From contig JBMNRV010000001.1 of NCBI GenBank assembly GCA_050944835.1, positions 31,212-95,211 on the forward strand: 64,000 nt of DNA, given 5' to 3'. A program made the position numbers and the translations under genes. This DNA is from Kiritimatiellia bacterium (GTDB lineage Bacteria; Verrucomicrobiota; Kiritimatiellia; JAAZAB01). Below are positions 19,758-27,749 of this stretch, piece by piece (the first letter of the stretch is position 1; every line of letters starts with the position of its first letter). The notes under the pieces are model-generated. The model did no database searches and was not told the DNA's origin. It saw only the letters and a program-made list of their open reading frames with translations.

Positions 19758-20873
19758 CTACAGCAATTCCACTGCCACGTAGTCGGCAAGTTCACGACCG
19801 CGTTTGGTAAGATGCCACCGCCCGTGGCGTTGGCGCACCAAACCGTCCTGCGCCAAGCGTTGCAAGACTGCTCTTTGTCCGGCGTCGGCCAGACGGACGC
19901 TGACTCCTTCCGCCATGCGTAAACCAAAAATCAAGCGATCGGTGCGGGCAAGCGCCGGGGTGATGTGTTCGGATTCATGCGGCGGCTGGCGGCCGCGCTC
20001 CAAGTCGGTCAGGTAGGCGTTCAGATCAGGCAGGTTTTGCCTGCGGATGCGATTGATATATGCTGCGGCCGCCGGCCCGAAGCCGAGATATTGTTTTCCG
20101 CGCCAGCAATCCAGATTGTGTCGGCAAGCGCGGCCGGGGCGGGCGTAGTTGGAAATTTCATAGCGCGTGTAACCAGCCCGGCGCAGGATGTTTTCGGCAG
20201 TGTCCAGCGCCGCCAGATATGTTTCGACATCCGGAATGCGAAGCTTGCGTTTGAGGGATGGATGCGCCAGACGTGTGCCTTCCTCAATCGTTAAGGCATA
20301 GACGGACAGGTGTGACGGTTGCAAATCCAAAGCGGCATACAGACTCTTGCGCCAATCGCGCGGGGTAGCGCCGGGAATTCCTGCCAACAAATCGAGATTG
20401 AAGTTGGTAATGCCGGCGGCGCGGATTGCCTCCACAGCGCGCGCGATGTCGGATACGCTATGCCGCCGCCCCAGCAGTTGCAATTCATGGTCATGAAAAG
20501 ATTGCGCGCCCAAGCTGATGCGGTTGACGCCGGCTGCGGCCATGCGGCAGAGTCCCGCGGCTGTGACTGAACCGGGGTTGATTTCTACGCTCCATTCCGC
20601 GCCGGCGTGTATTTTGAAAGTCGTAAGCAGCAAATCGGCCAGATCGTCCCATTGTGTGGGTGTGAGGAGGGATGGCGTGCCGCCGCCGATATAAACAGTC
20701 CGCAGTCGTGAGCCACGCCATGGTTGCATTTCACGCGCCAAGGCACGCAGCCAGCGTGCCGCAGTTTCAGTGGTGTATGGCACGGAATAAAAAGCGCAGT
20801 AGTGGCATTTCCCGTCGCAAAACGGAACATGCACATAGACACCGCAGGCGGTTTCAGGCGCTGCGGATGGCAT
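19758..20873 (-). CDS. hemW: radical SAM heme chaperone HemW (coproporphyrinogen III oxidase-like)
   Basis: VPFCDGKCHYCAF CX3CX2C motif and HemN_C-like C-terminus. Confidence 0.8.
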   Translation of the reverse strand: MPSAAPETACGVYVHVPFCDGKCHYCAFYSVPYTTETAARWLRALAREMQPWRGSRLRTVYIGGGTPSLLTPTQWDDLADLLLTTFKIHAGAEWSVEINPGSVTAAGLCRMAAAGVNRISLGAQSFHDHELQLLGRRHSVSDIARAVEAIRAAGITNFNLDLLAGIPGATPRDWRKSLYAALDLQPSHLSVYALTIEEGTRLAHPSLKRKLRIPDVETYLAALDTAENILRRAGYTRYEISNYARPGRACRHNLDCWRGKQYLGFGPAAAAYINRIRRQNLPDLNAYLTDLERGRQPPHESEHITPALARTDRLIFGLRMAEGVSVRLADAGQRAVLQRLAQDGLVRQRHGRWHLTKRGRELADYVAVELL

Positions 20874-21693
20874 CTAATTGCTCCAAGACGGTTTCCGGAA
20901 TTTTGGTATCGCCGAATCCAGTGCCGAGTTTGATGTCTGGCATCGGGGCGCCATGAAAATCTGTTCCGCCAGTCATCACCAGACTGAATGTTTTTGCCAT
21001 TGCCTGGTATTGTTTCATTTGGCGGTCGTTTTGCTGGGGATAAAAAACCTCGATGCCTTGCAGCCCGTAGTCAACAAGTTCGGCGACTTGCTTGGTGAGG
21101 GCCTGTTTGCCGAGATCGAGGGTGAATGGATGCGCCAGAACCGGGACGCCCCCGGCCCGGCGGATTAATTCTATGCAATCACGGGGTGACATACGGATGC
21201 GCTCGGCATAGCCTTTGCGCCCTTTGCCAAGGTAGCGGTCAAAGGCCTCCTGACGGGTGGCAACGTAGCCGCGAGCTGTCAGCGCCTGTGCAAAATGCAG
21301 ACGCCCGATATTATCACCTCCGGCGTAGGAGGCGACTTCTTCCATAGTGAGCGCCAGTCCCATATCGTTGATATGTTTGAGAATTTCCGCATTGCGCGCT
21401 ACCCGCCCAGACTGAATTTCCTGCAGGCGTACCGTAAGCTCCGGGTGCTGCAAATCAATAAAATAGCCGAGGATATGCATCGAGCCATTCGGGATGTCCG
21501 CGCTTAATTCCACGCCCGGCACCCCGCGGATCTGCGCGGCGCGGCAGGCATCAAGAAAGCGCGGCACACCGCCAATAGTGTCATGATCGGTGAGGGCAAT
21601 GGCGGAAAGGCCGATGAAGGCTGCCTCCTGTACCAGTTGCTCGGGTGTTAAACTGCCATCGGAAAAGGTGGAATGTGTGTGGAGATCAATCAT
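20854..21693 (-). CDS. PHP-domain phosphoesterase (TrpH/YciV-like)
   Basis: MIDLHTHSTFSDG and ALTDHD motifs. Confidence 0.8.
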   Translation of the reverse strand: MIDLHTHSTFSDGSLTPEQLVQEAAFIGLSAIALTDHDTIGGVPRFLDACRAAQIRGVPGVELSADIPNGSMHILGYFIDLQHPELTVRLQEIQSGRVARNAEILKHINDMGLALTMEEVASYAGGDNIGRLHFAQALTARGYVATRQEAFDRYLGKGRKGYAERIRMSPRDCIELIRRAGGVPVLAHPFTLDLGKQALTKQVAELVDYGLQGIEVFYPQQNDRQMKQYQAMAKTFSLVMTGGTDFHGAPMPDIKLGTGFGDTKIPETVLEQLDAIRSA

Positions 21694-21823
21694 GACTTGT
21701 CGAAGTTATGGCTGCGTGAATTTATTTGCCGCACAAAGCGTGCGATTCGATTAAATCGTCATTATGCCGGAAACCACAGGGAAAACAAGCAAAATTCACT
21801 GTAGGCATGCTGCCTCGACAATC

Positions 21824-21850
21824 CCGCCCAATGAAAACCGCCCAATGAAA
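21824..21850 (+). promoter_or_regulatory. 13-nt direct repeat x2 (candidate operator) upstream of the GntR/LacI-type regulator
   Basis: CCGCCCAATGAAA-A-CCGCCCAATGAAA, about 80 nt upstream of the ATG at 21931. Confidence 0.25.
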
Positions 21851-21930
21851 TCTGCTTGAGTTTATGGAAATTAATATTAGCATTATAGGATTGCATCCGA
21901 GCCATCGGTGTTTGAATTTAGCCAATAAAG

Positions 21931-23010
21931 ATGAAAAACCGTAAAACAATTCCTGCACACCTCTCTATCCGTACAACCCTGAAGAAGGAAATTCTGGACG
22001 GAAAACATGCTGAGCTTTCGGAAAGCCGTGTAATACAACGCTTCAAAGTGTCAAGCGCGACAGCCCGGCGGGTGTTGAATGATCTGGCTTTGGAAGGACT
22101 GGTATCGCGTCAGGTCGGTCGCGGCAGTATTGTGCGGCAGCCGCATGATCGGGCGTTTCGAGAATATGGGGCTGTTTTTTTTGATATCTTCGATCTGCGT
22201 GATTTCTTCATTGCTGAGATTGTCCGTGGGATTGAAGAACGGGCCAGCTCGAAAGAACATCAGTTGCATCTGTTCACCACCCGCGGCAAACAATTGGATG
22301 ATACGGGAGCATCTTCCATATCCTATCTCGTTAAAAGCCGTAAGATTCATGGTTTGTTTGTCTTATCGCCGTTAGATGCTGGCGCCATCCAGTTTTTCAT
22401 GGAAGAACGGCTGCCTTGCGTTGCGGTTGGAAATAATTATCCCGGTTTGCAGGTGCCGACAGTTATGGCCGACAACCGCCGGGCGATGCTGGATGTCTGT
22501 CACCGTCTTATGCGGGAAGGATTGCAACGCATCGCAGTTGTTGTGCGGCATAACCCACAGCGGGATGTTGAGCGTGGCTGTGATTTTATCGCGCGTGCAT
22601 ATCATGAATATTATGCCGAGTGCAAACTCCACCCGGAACCGGCCTGGTGGCAAGCCGTAGAAGACGAACGTGAAGCGGCAGTTAGCGCGATGAATGCGAT
22701 GAGCGCATTGCCGGCGGCCCAGCGCCCGCAGGCCGTGGTGGTACATGGGAAAAATTTGTCCACCGGAGTGAACGATTTTTTAACCCGCAGCCGCGATTGG
22801 CAACCAGTTCTGGTGCATTTTACGGATCGGCAGGAACGCGCACTCCGCACAATCACCGCGCCATATCGTAAGGTCGGGCGGATGGCCTTTGATTTGATGG
22901 AAGACATGTTTGCCAACCCAACCCGGCGCACCGCGAACGCGCCAGTGTTATTGCCAATGGATATTCATTGGCCACTAAAAACGGCATTTGAAATTCAGGA
23001 AACGAGATAA
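21931..23010 (+). CDS. transcriptional regulator, GntR-type winged HTH fused to a LacI/periplasmic-binding-like sugar-sensor domain
   Basis: N-terminal VSSATARRVLNDLALEGLVSRQVGRGSIV, followed by a PBP-like domain. The last 12 codons and the stop lie inside repeat R-c. Confidence 0.7.
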   Translation: MKNRKTIPAHLSIRTTLKKEILDGKHAELSESRVIQRFKVSSATARRVLNDLALEGLVSRQVGRGSIVRQPHDRAFREYGAVFFDIFDLRDFFIAEIVRGIEERASSKEHQLHLFTTRGKQLDDTGASSISYLVKSRKIHGLFVLSPLDAGAIQFFMEERLPCVAVGNNYPGLQVPTVMADNRRAMLDVCHRLMREGLQRIAVVVRHNPQRDVERGCDFIARAYHEYYAECKLHPEPAWWQAVEDEREAAVSAMNAMSALPAAQRPQAVVVHGKNLSTGVNDFLTRSRDWQPVLVHFTDRQERALRTITAPYRKVGRMAFDLMEDMFANPTRRTANAPVLLPMDIHWPLKTAFEIQETR

Positions 23011-23290
23011 AGTGTTGAGAACCGCAGATTACGCAGATTGGCGCAGATTGGGCGAGGGATACTCGTAGAAGAAGAACCACGGATGAACACTGATGGACAC
23101 TGATCACTGATGAAGGAGTGGAAGGGGTGCCCTGAAAGGGCATGACATACCCAGCTTGTGCGGCTCGCACCGCCAGTGCGGCTCGCACCGCCAGTGCGGC
23201 TCGCACTTACTGCCGTCCCTTCCGTCCCTGCTGTCCCTTCCGCCCCCTTCGCCAGTCCCCGATCAAACCCGCTTGGACTGGCCTTTCAGG
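22975..23290. repeat. mosaic element fragment R-c (B end plus arm words, no D core)
   Basis: CTAAAAACGGCATTTGAAATTCAGGAAACGAGATAAAGTGTTG, CCGCAGATTACGCAGATTGGCGCAGATTG, GAACCACGGATGAACACTGATGGACACTGAT. Confidence 0.8.
23158..23206. repeat. 18-bp tandem repeat (2.7 units), each unit containing a hairpin
   Basis: GTGCGGCTCGCACCGCCA x2 plus GTGCGGCTCGCAC. Single copies of GTGCGGCTCGCAC, or its complement, occur at about 18054 and 47089. Confidence 0.9.
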
Positions 23291-23292
23291 GA

Positions 23293-23397
23293 TACTTTGA
23301 CGTAGCTACCATTAGCCGATACGATTATGTCAATGATGCGACAGGAGGGCGGATTGCCATGAAATACAGCAGGTGCAAGAAGTACTGGTACACATAG
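23293..23397 (+). pseudogene. YD/RHS-repeat gene remnant (no start codon)
   Basis: Translates to ..NPLGLAFQGYFDVATISRYDYVNDATGGRIAMKYSRCKKYWYT*. It is fused to the right end of island repeat E1. Confidence 0.6.
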
Positions 23398-23420
23398 GGC
23401 GCATGAATACAGCCAGCAAT

Positions 23421-23501
23421 CAAAAACTCTGTGTTACGAGAGATAAAGCGCTTGAAATCGCAAAAAAACTTGACTGACCCCAAATACTGCTGACCCCAAA
23501 T
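23421..23501 (+). repeat. island repeat E1 (right end only)
   Basis: ..ACGAGAGATAAAGCGCTTGAAATCGCAAAAAAACTTGACTGACCCCAAATAC TGC TGACCCCAAATA. It ends at the ATG of the next ORF. Confidence 0.85.
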
Positions 23502-23942
23502 ATGCACAAATATGTGCCTGGCCACATGAAGAAGCCCTTTAAACTCTTACTGGTTCTTCTTGTTGTGGCCGTCATTGTGTCACAATTGACTGTAGTTGCA
23601 TGGCAAAGCATCGAACGGCGAGCACTGGCGGACTGCACCCTTCCATCGGGGGAACGATTCCAAGTCTACTACAGATATCATCCAAACCTTCTCATGGCCC
23701 TCACCGGAGTTGGTGGGTTGGAATGCGAATTTTGGAGTGCAACAGGCGATAAGAAGGTGTTTCCGCTTACGGCAAGGACAGACTTCGATATTATTGACGA
23801 TGTCGCTCTCCAGTCTCAGCTTGTAGATGAGCATTCCGTTTGTGTGAGTTGCTCCAGAGGCAAATGGATACTTACGAATACCGGTGAAGCAATTTCGGTA
23901 AACGATACCAATACCGTCTTTGCCCCCTCGCTACGCCGGTGA
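23502..23942 (+). CDS. hypothetical membrane-anchored/secreted protein
   Basis: N-terminal MKKPFKLLLVLLVVAVIVSQL signal anchor (an ATG at 23526 is also possible). I recognise no family. Confidence 0.5.
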   Translation: MHKYVPGHMKKPFKLLLVLLVVAVIVSQLTVVAWQSIERRALADCTLPSGERFQVYYRYHPNLLMALTGVGGLECEFWSATGDKKVFPLTARTDFDIIDDVALQSQLVDEHSVCVSCSRGKWILTNTGEAISVNDTNTVFAPSLRR

Positions 23943-24245
23943 CACGGTGTCTGCTTACGCACACGCCGCGCCACCTTCTCCGCTCGCCCGACGGCACGAG
24001 TTTCAACCAATCCGGAAAACAGGATTGACGCAGAGAGCGTCCGCCTATATGATTACGTTAATAATGGAGCTGGAGGGCGGACTATGGTGAAATATAAAGA
24101 GATGGCCATGCAAACGCTTTCAGGCCTCCCGGCTAATATGCCATTTGTCCGTGTTGAGTTTGATTACGACTATATGAGCAGGCGAGTTGGAAAGACGGTA
24201 TATGAATGGGGCAGTAACGGTTGGAAGGAAGTTTCCTTTAAATAA
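23943..24245 (+). pseudogene. YD/RHS-repeat gene fragment, 100 codons, no start
   Basis: ..RLYDYVNNGAGGRTMVKY..VRVEFDYDYMSRRVGKTVYEWGSNGWKEVSFK*. It is in the same frame as the preceding ORF, separated by one TGA. Confidence 0.6.
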
Positions 24246-24257
24246 TGCCATTGTTTT

Positions 24258-24797
24258 TTGAATGTGAAAAATTCTAACAAGATAAATATTGCCATGGTAC
24301 ATCGGTTAAAAAAAGTTTTAAAACAGATGATCCTAAGCGGAATGTTTGTTGTTATCTTACATTGTAATGGATGTGCCACAACAAGAGAATCTACCAGTTA
24401 CGAGATCAATATTCAGTTACATCCTCAACCTATTAGCGGACAATATCTATTCACTGCTGATATTCATGAGAACACACTAACTGATTACAAAAGACCTGGT
24501 TCTTTCGGAAGCACAGCCAATAACAGGCGTTTGCCATCGCCTAAAATGACGCTTAATGTTGGCGAAGAAAAAAATGTTTTGTTTGAAGAAGATGAAAACC
24601 AACCAGCTGTTGATGCTACAGCCGGTATTCTAAAAGAGCAAGGAGGGGTTTCATTAAAATATCGTGTAAACGTGCGAAAAGGAAACAATAATTTTGTTGC
24701 ATCGGGGGTGGTTTCTCTTGGAAATGACATTAGGACATATGTTAGTCCAGGCGATTCGGCGCCGGAGGAGAAATCAGCAACCCCCGTGGTGAAATAA
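24258..24797 (+). CDS. hypothetical lipoprotein-like protein (AT-rich cassette gene)
   Basis: Probable start is the ATG at 24294 (MVHRLKKVLKQMILSGMFVVILHCNGC). Composition is AT-rich. Confidence 0.55.
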   Translation: MNVKNSNKINIAMVHRLKKVLKQMILSGMFVVILHCNGCATTRESTSYEINIQLHPQPISGQYLFTADIHENTLTDYKRPGSFGSTANNRRLPSPKMTLNVGEEKNVLFEEDENQPAVDATAGILKEQGGVSLKYRVNVRKGNNNFVASGVVSLGNDIRTYVSPGDSAPEEKSATPVVK

Positions 24798-24978
24798 GTG
24801 GGAAAATTGGGGTCAGTCAAGTTTTTTTGTGATTTCATTTGACATAGTGTCCTGGATACGGGGTTAAGGGTGCCATGGCAAGGCGTTGCCCTCTTTGATC
24901 AAAGCAATCAGATGGGAAGACTGTAAGAATGCAAGACGATCTGTCTGTACGAATTTCTCGTCATAACGGTATTAGCAC

Positions 24979-25227
24979 ATGAAATTGTCTGTTTTCTGGT
25001 CACGTTTGGGAATGATTTTGGGCATTTGTCTAAAGGCGCTGTTTGTAGTCCTCCTGGTTTGCTGGTTGTTGGTTTTAGCGATTGGCGCACGTCATGTTAT
25101 CGCAGGCACGACTCCCTTGAGGATTGGTCATGTTGTTGGCGCGTTGATTCCGCCATTTGTCTTTGCACTTGCGTTGGTGGCTTTCTTGCATGGGCGAGCG
25201 AAACACCGTAATCAAGGGACTCTATAA
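24979..25227 (+). CDS. small hydrophobic membrane protein (82 aa) inside E2
   Basis: Has 2-3 predicted TM stretches (ILGICLKALFVVLLVCWLLVLAIG; ALIPPFVFALALVAFL). Confidence 0.4.
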   Translation: MKLSVFWSRLGMILGICLKALFVVLLVCWLLVLAIGARHVIAGTTPLRIGHVVGALIPPFVFALALVAFLHGRAKHRNQGTL

Positions 25228-25230
25228 GAA

Positions 25231-25374
25231 ATGCTGCAAGATAAACTGATGTATGGACTCGGCTGTTGCCGGGCCCCGCTGTTCGCGGCCCTGCTTCTGT
25301 CCTTGGTGACGGTGATCGGGTGCAACGATACCGATTCGTACTTCCGGCGCTTCGTTTCAAGAGATTATATATAA
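25231..25374 (+). CDS. 47-aa putative lipoprotein inside E2 (not in the supplied ORF track)
   Basis: The ATG lies 4 nt after the previous stop. The protein MLQDKLMYGLGCCRAPLFAALLLSLVTVIGCNDT.. has a VIGC lipobox. Confidence 0.35.
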   Translation: MLQDKLMYGLGCCRAPLFAALLLSLVTVIGCNDTDSYFRRFVSRDYI

Positions 25375-25410
25375 CTGCTTCCAATTTTTTAGGGGAAGTC
25401 CAGTTGGTAA

Positions 25411-25602
25411 AATAGGTTTGACGCTGCGACCATTAGCCGGTACGATTATGCCAATGATGCGACAGGAGGGCGGATTGCCATGAAATACAGCAGGTGCAAA
25501 AAGTACTGGTACAGCTCCATAGGGCGCATGAACGCAGCCAGCAATCCAAAACTCTGCGCTACGAGAGATAAAGCGCTTGAAATCGCAAAAAAACTTGACT
25601 GA
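25411..25602 (+). pseudogene. YD/RHS-repeat remnant fused to the E2 right end
   Basis: Stop-bounded frame NRFDAATISRYDYANDATGGRIAMKYSRCKKYWYSS..DKALEIAKKLD*. The frame beyond KYWY is not conserved in the other copies (4-nt indel). Confidence 0.55.
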
Positions 25603-25718
25603 CCCCAAATACCCCTTGACTGACCCCAAATACGTAGATGACCCACGCGGCGAATTCTGGGCTCCGGATATAGAAGAATATTTATAATCTGCGCACAATA
25701 CAGCTAGGAACGATTACG

Positions 25719-26468
25719 ATGGGAAAAATTGCCTTTTTGCCGATTAAAAGATTTGCTTTTTTATTCCTATGTGCTTTATCGGCCTGTAATACTCCAATAA
25801 ATAATGATTCAGAGAAATTATGTATTGTTTATGCTCCTGGTGTTGTTGATGATGGTATACGGAGGGAGCCATGCTGTATGGTTACGCAACGAATATACGA
25901 TGTTTGTAATTCACAATTAATCGTGTATTACGGAGACGGAAATGCACATACACAAAATATAGATTTATCCGATAATGACATAAACGATATATATGCAGCA
26001 TTTAAGAAATATAAAATATTGGAAATAGACAAGGGAAATTGGTTTAGCGGAGCAATAGTAATGGGCACAAACGTGTATATTGATAATATATATATTAACG
26101 TTGTATCGACAAATTATACTCGTGTGCCACCCCATGAAACAAGAACACATATTTATTATAATCAGGGTAAAGAATCGGTTCACCTTGTAGTTTTGAATTA
26201 TCCGTTTTTGAAAAAAAAGCATGATGAATTATCGACAAAAGCAATAAAAATATTGGATTTGATAGATTCAAAACTAAATAATTGCGGAATAGATTATTTT
26301 TTCGGCCTTGGAAGGCGGTACCCTCCATTTTTCCCGCAGACAAGGATGGCTGTGACAGTCCACCAAGATTCATCGGTGTTAAACACGACGAAAAATCAGG
26401 CAGAAACGGGACTTGATGAGCGAAAAAGAAGCAATGTCGAGGGGGCCGAGGGCAAGAATGATCCGTAA
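25719..26468 (+). CDS. hypothetical lipoprotein (249 aa, strongly AT-rich)
   Basis: Signal peptide with lipobox FLCALSAC. I recognise no family. Confidence 0.6.
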   Translation: MGKIAFLPIKRFAFLFLCALSACNTPINNDSEKLCIVYAPGVVDDGIRREPCCMVTQRIYDVCNSQLIVYYGDGNAHTQNIDLSDNDINDIYAAFKKYKILEIDKGNWFSGAIVMGTNVYIDNIYINVVSTNYTRVPPHETRTHIYYNQGKESVHLVVLNYPFLKKKHDELSTKAIKILDLIDSKLNNCGIDYFFGLGRRYPPFFPQTRMAVTVHQDSSVLNTTKNQAETGLDERKRSNVEGAEGKNDP

Positions 26469-26501
26469 TAAATTATGCTCTAGTCAGGAAATTTGGAGAA
26501 A

Positions 26502-26767
26502 TTTTGGGGTCAGTCAAGTTTTTTTTTATGATTCTACCTGACATAGTGTTCTGAAAATTGGATTAAGTGTCCCAAGGTGGGCACCGTGCGTGCGCAATAT
26601 TGGCCGCGTGGTTGAAATTTGGGGTTGACGCGGACTGGGTGTCGTCGCCGTATAATGACTCTCGCAAACTGTTATAGGCGGAGTTAATCTAAAACTCCGC
26701 GCTAAGAGACAAAGCGCTTGAAATCGCAAAGAAACTTGACTGACCCCAAAATACTGACCCCAAAATA
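26502..26767 (+). repeat. island repeat E3 (266 bp, IR-bounded, short form)
   Basis: Left TTTTGGGGTCAGTCAAGTTTTTTTTTATGATTC. Right TGAAATCGCAAAGAAACTTGACTGACCCCAAAATAC TGACCCCAAAATAC. The core is shared with E4 and contains TTGACG (26625-26630) and TATAAT (26651-26656). Confidence 0.9.
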
Positions 26768-26963
26768 CAAAATACAAAAATACTCGTGGAGGAAACACTC
26801 TGAGCAAAAAAACATGTTTTTAAATTGACATGTTTTTTCGTATTTTGCACACTGCCAACCATGCAAACACTTGTTCATATTGATGCCGGTGGCTGTGTGT
26901 GCCTGCATTGGCAGAAAAGCAATTTCTTACCAGTTCAATCAATAAGGAATTAATTGAAAAGTG

Positions 26964-27500
26964 ATGAAAAAAATTGTAGCATTCGCCGGAAGTAATAGTT
27001 ACGTATCAATCAATAAGGAATTAATAAAATATACAGCAGCGAGCTTGGGGCAATTTGATGTCAATTTTTTAGATTTAAATGACTTTGAAATGCCTGTTTA
27101 TTCGCTGTACCGCGAAAAAAATGAAGGAGTACCCGAGCAGGCACACCGTTTCAGAAAATTGATGCACGAGGCTGATGGTATTGTACTGTCGGTTGCGGAA
27201 CACAATTGGAGTATAGCGGCTACATTAAAAAATTTACTGGATTGGTGTAGCAGGGTAGATATGAACATATTCAATCACAAGCCCATGCTGCTGATGAGTG
27301 CATCGATAAGCAAAGCCGGTGGTGTGCAGGCTTTGAATTATATGCTCTATGTGAAAGATAAATTTAGTATGAATGTGGTTGAAACTTTTTCGCTCCCATC
27401 GTTCAATCACAGCTTTGCTGATGGCAGAATTACGGATGAATATTTGAAAACCGAGCATAATACTAAGGTAACCACATTTGCAGAGCGTGTAGGCAGGTAG
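26964..27500 (+). CDS. NADPH-dependent FMN reductase family protein
   Basis: MKKIVAFAGSNS, ADGIVLSVAEHNWS and LKNLLDW match the FMN_red family pattern. Confidence 0.75.
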   Translation: MKKIVAFAGSNSYVSINKELIKYTAASLGQFDVNFLDLNDFEMPVYSLYREKNEGVPEQAHRFRKLMHEADGIVLSVAEHNWSIAATLKNLLDWCSRVDMNIFNHKPMLLMSASISKAGGVQALNYMLYVKDKFSMNVVETFSLPSFNHSFADGRITDEYLKTEHNTKVTTFAERVGR

Positions 27501-27566
27501 AGCGGGAGTTCTCCAAAAATAAGCGGGTAGGAGAGGGGTTAAAATCGTGGAATAATTATTCTGAGT

Positions 27567-27635
27567 GGACTTTCCCCAAAAATTCTGTCATTCCATAAAG
27601 ATCAGTCCGAGCGGGTTAAATTCGGGGTCTGGCGG
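27567..27635. repeat. short repeat module also present in the mosaic-element blocks outside the island
   Basis: GGACTTTCCCCAAAAATTCTGTCATTCCATAAAGATCAGTCCGAGCGGGTTAAATTCGGGGTCTGGCGG. Related copies occur in the opposite orientation at 32550-32610 and 47571-47639; partial copies are at 32140-32190 and 57447-57495. Confidence 0.8.
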
Positions 27636-27749
27636 CTTGTACTGGTTCCATTTTCCATGGCGCGTAAAAGAGTCTCCCGATACCGTCGGCAATAGCGTAG
27701 TAGATAAACTCAACAACACCGTAAATGCGCTTGGCAGCATTAGGGAAAT

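Larger units (their letters stand above)
24807..25634 (+). repeat. island repeat E2 (828 bp, IR-bounded, carries two small ORFs and a YD remnant)
   Basis: Left IR TTGGGGTCAGTCAAGTTTTTTTGTGATTTCA (24807-24837). Right IR TGAAATCGCAAAAAAACTTGACTGACCCCAAAT (25578-25610), followed by a second TTGACTGACCCCAAATAC. Confidence 0.85.

Noticed and set aside
23158-23397. 79-aa ORF MRLAPPVRLAPPVRLA.. as a real repeat protein.
   Set aside because: The VRLAPP periodicity is just the translation of the 18-bp tandem DNA repeat inside a mosaic element. The rest is the start-less YD remnant.
23469-23501. GACCCCAAA in the island IR resembles part of Cas13a-type direct repeats (..ACCCCAAAAA..GGGG..).
   Set aside because: The resemblance is limited to about 9 nt. 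The partnering GGGG stem half is not present in the same unit, there is no array periodicity and there are no cas genes.
23502-24245. ORF 23502-23942 and the YD fragment 23943-24245 are in the same frame, separated by a single TGA, which could mean readthrough, selenocysteine or a recent nonsense mutation.
   Set aside because: Sharing a frame has a one-in-three chance expectation. I saw no SECIS-like hairpin, and the N-terminal part has no YD-protein features. I treat them as unrelated neighbours.
26625-26656. TTGACG / TATAAT as a firm sigma70 promoter inside E3 (and 27872-27903 in E4).
   Set aside because: The spacer is 20 nt rather than 16-18, so I do not annotate it as a promoter feature. 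It is mentioned only as promoter-like.
26502-26767. E repeats as classical integron attC sites.
   Set aside because: The lengths (266-828 bp) far exceed attC sites (about 57-141 bp). I see no RYYYAAC/GTTRRRY core pair at the ends, and no intI gene is present. I keep only the looser analogy in the findings.
27640-27745. Possible 50-aa minus-strand ORF (MLPSAFTVLLSLSTTLLPTVSG..PDPEFNPLGLIFME*) that uses the dispersed module at 27567-27635 as its 3' end.
   Set aside because: The other copies of the module do not conserve the frame or an upstream ORF. It is too short and unsupported to call.
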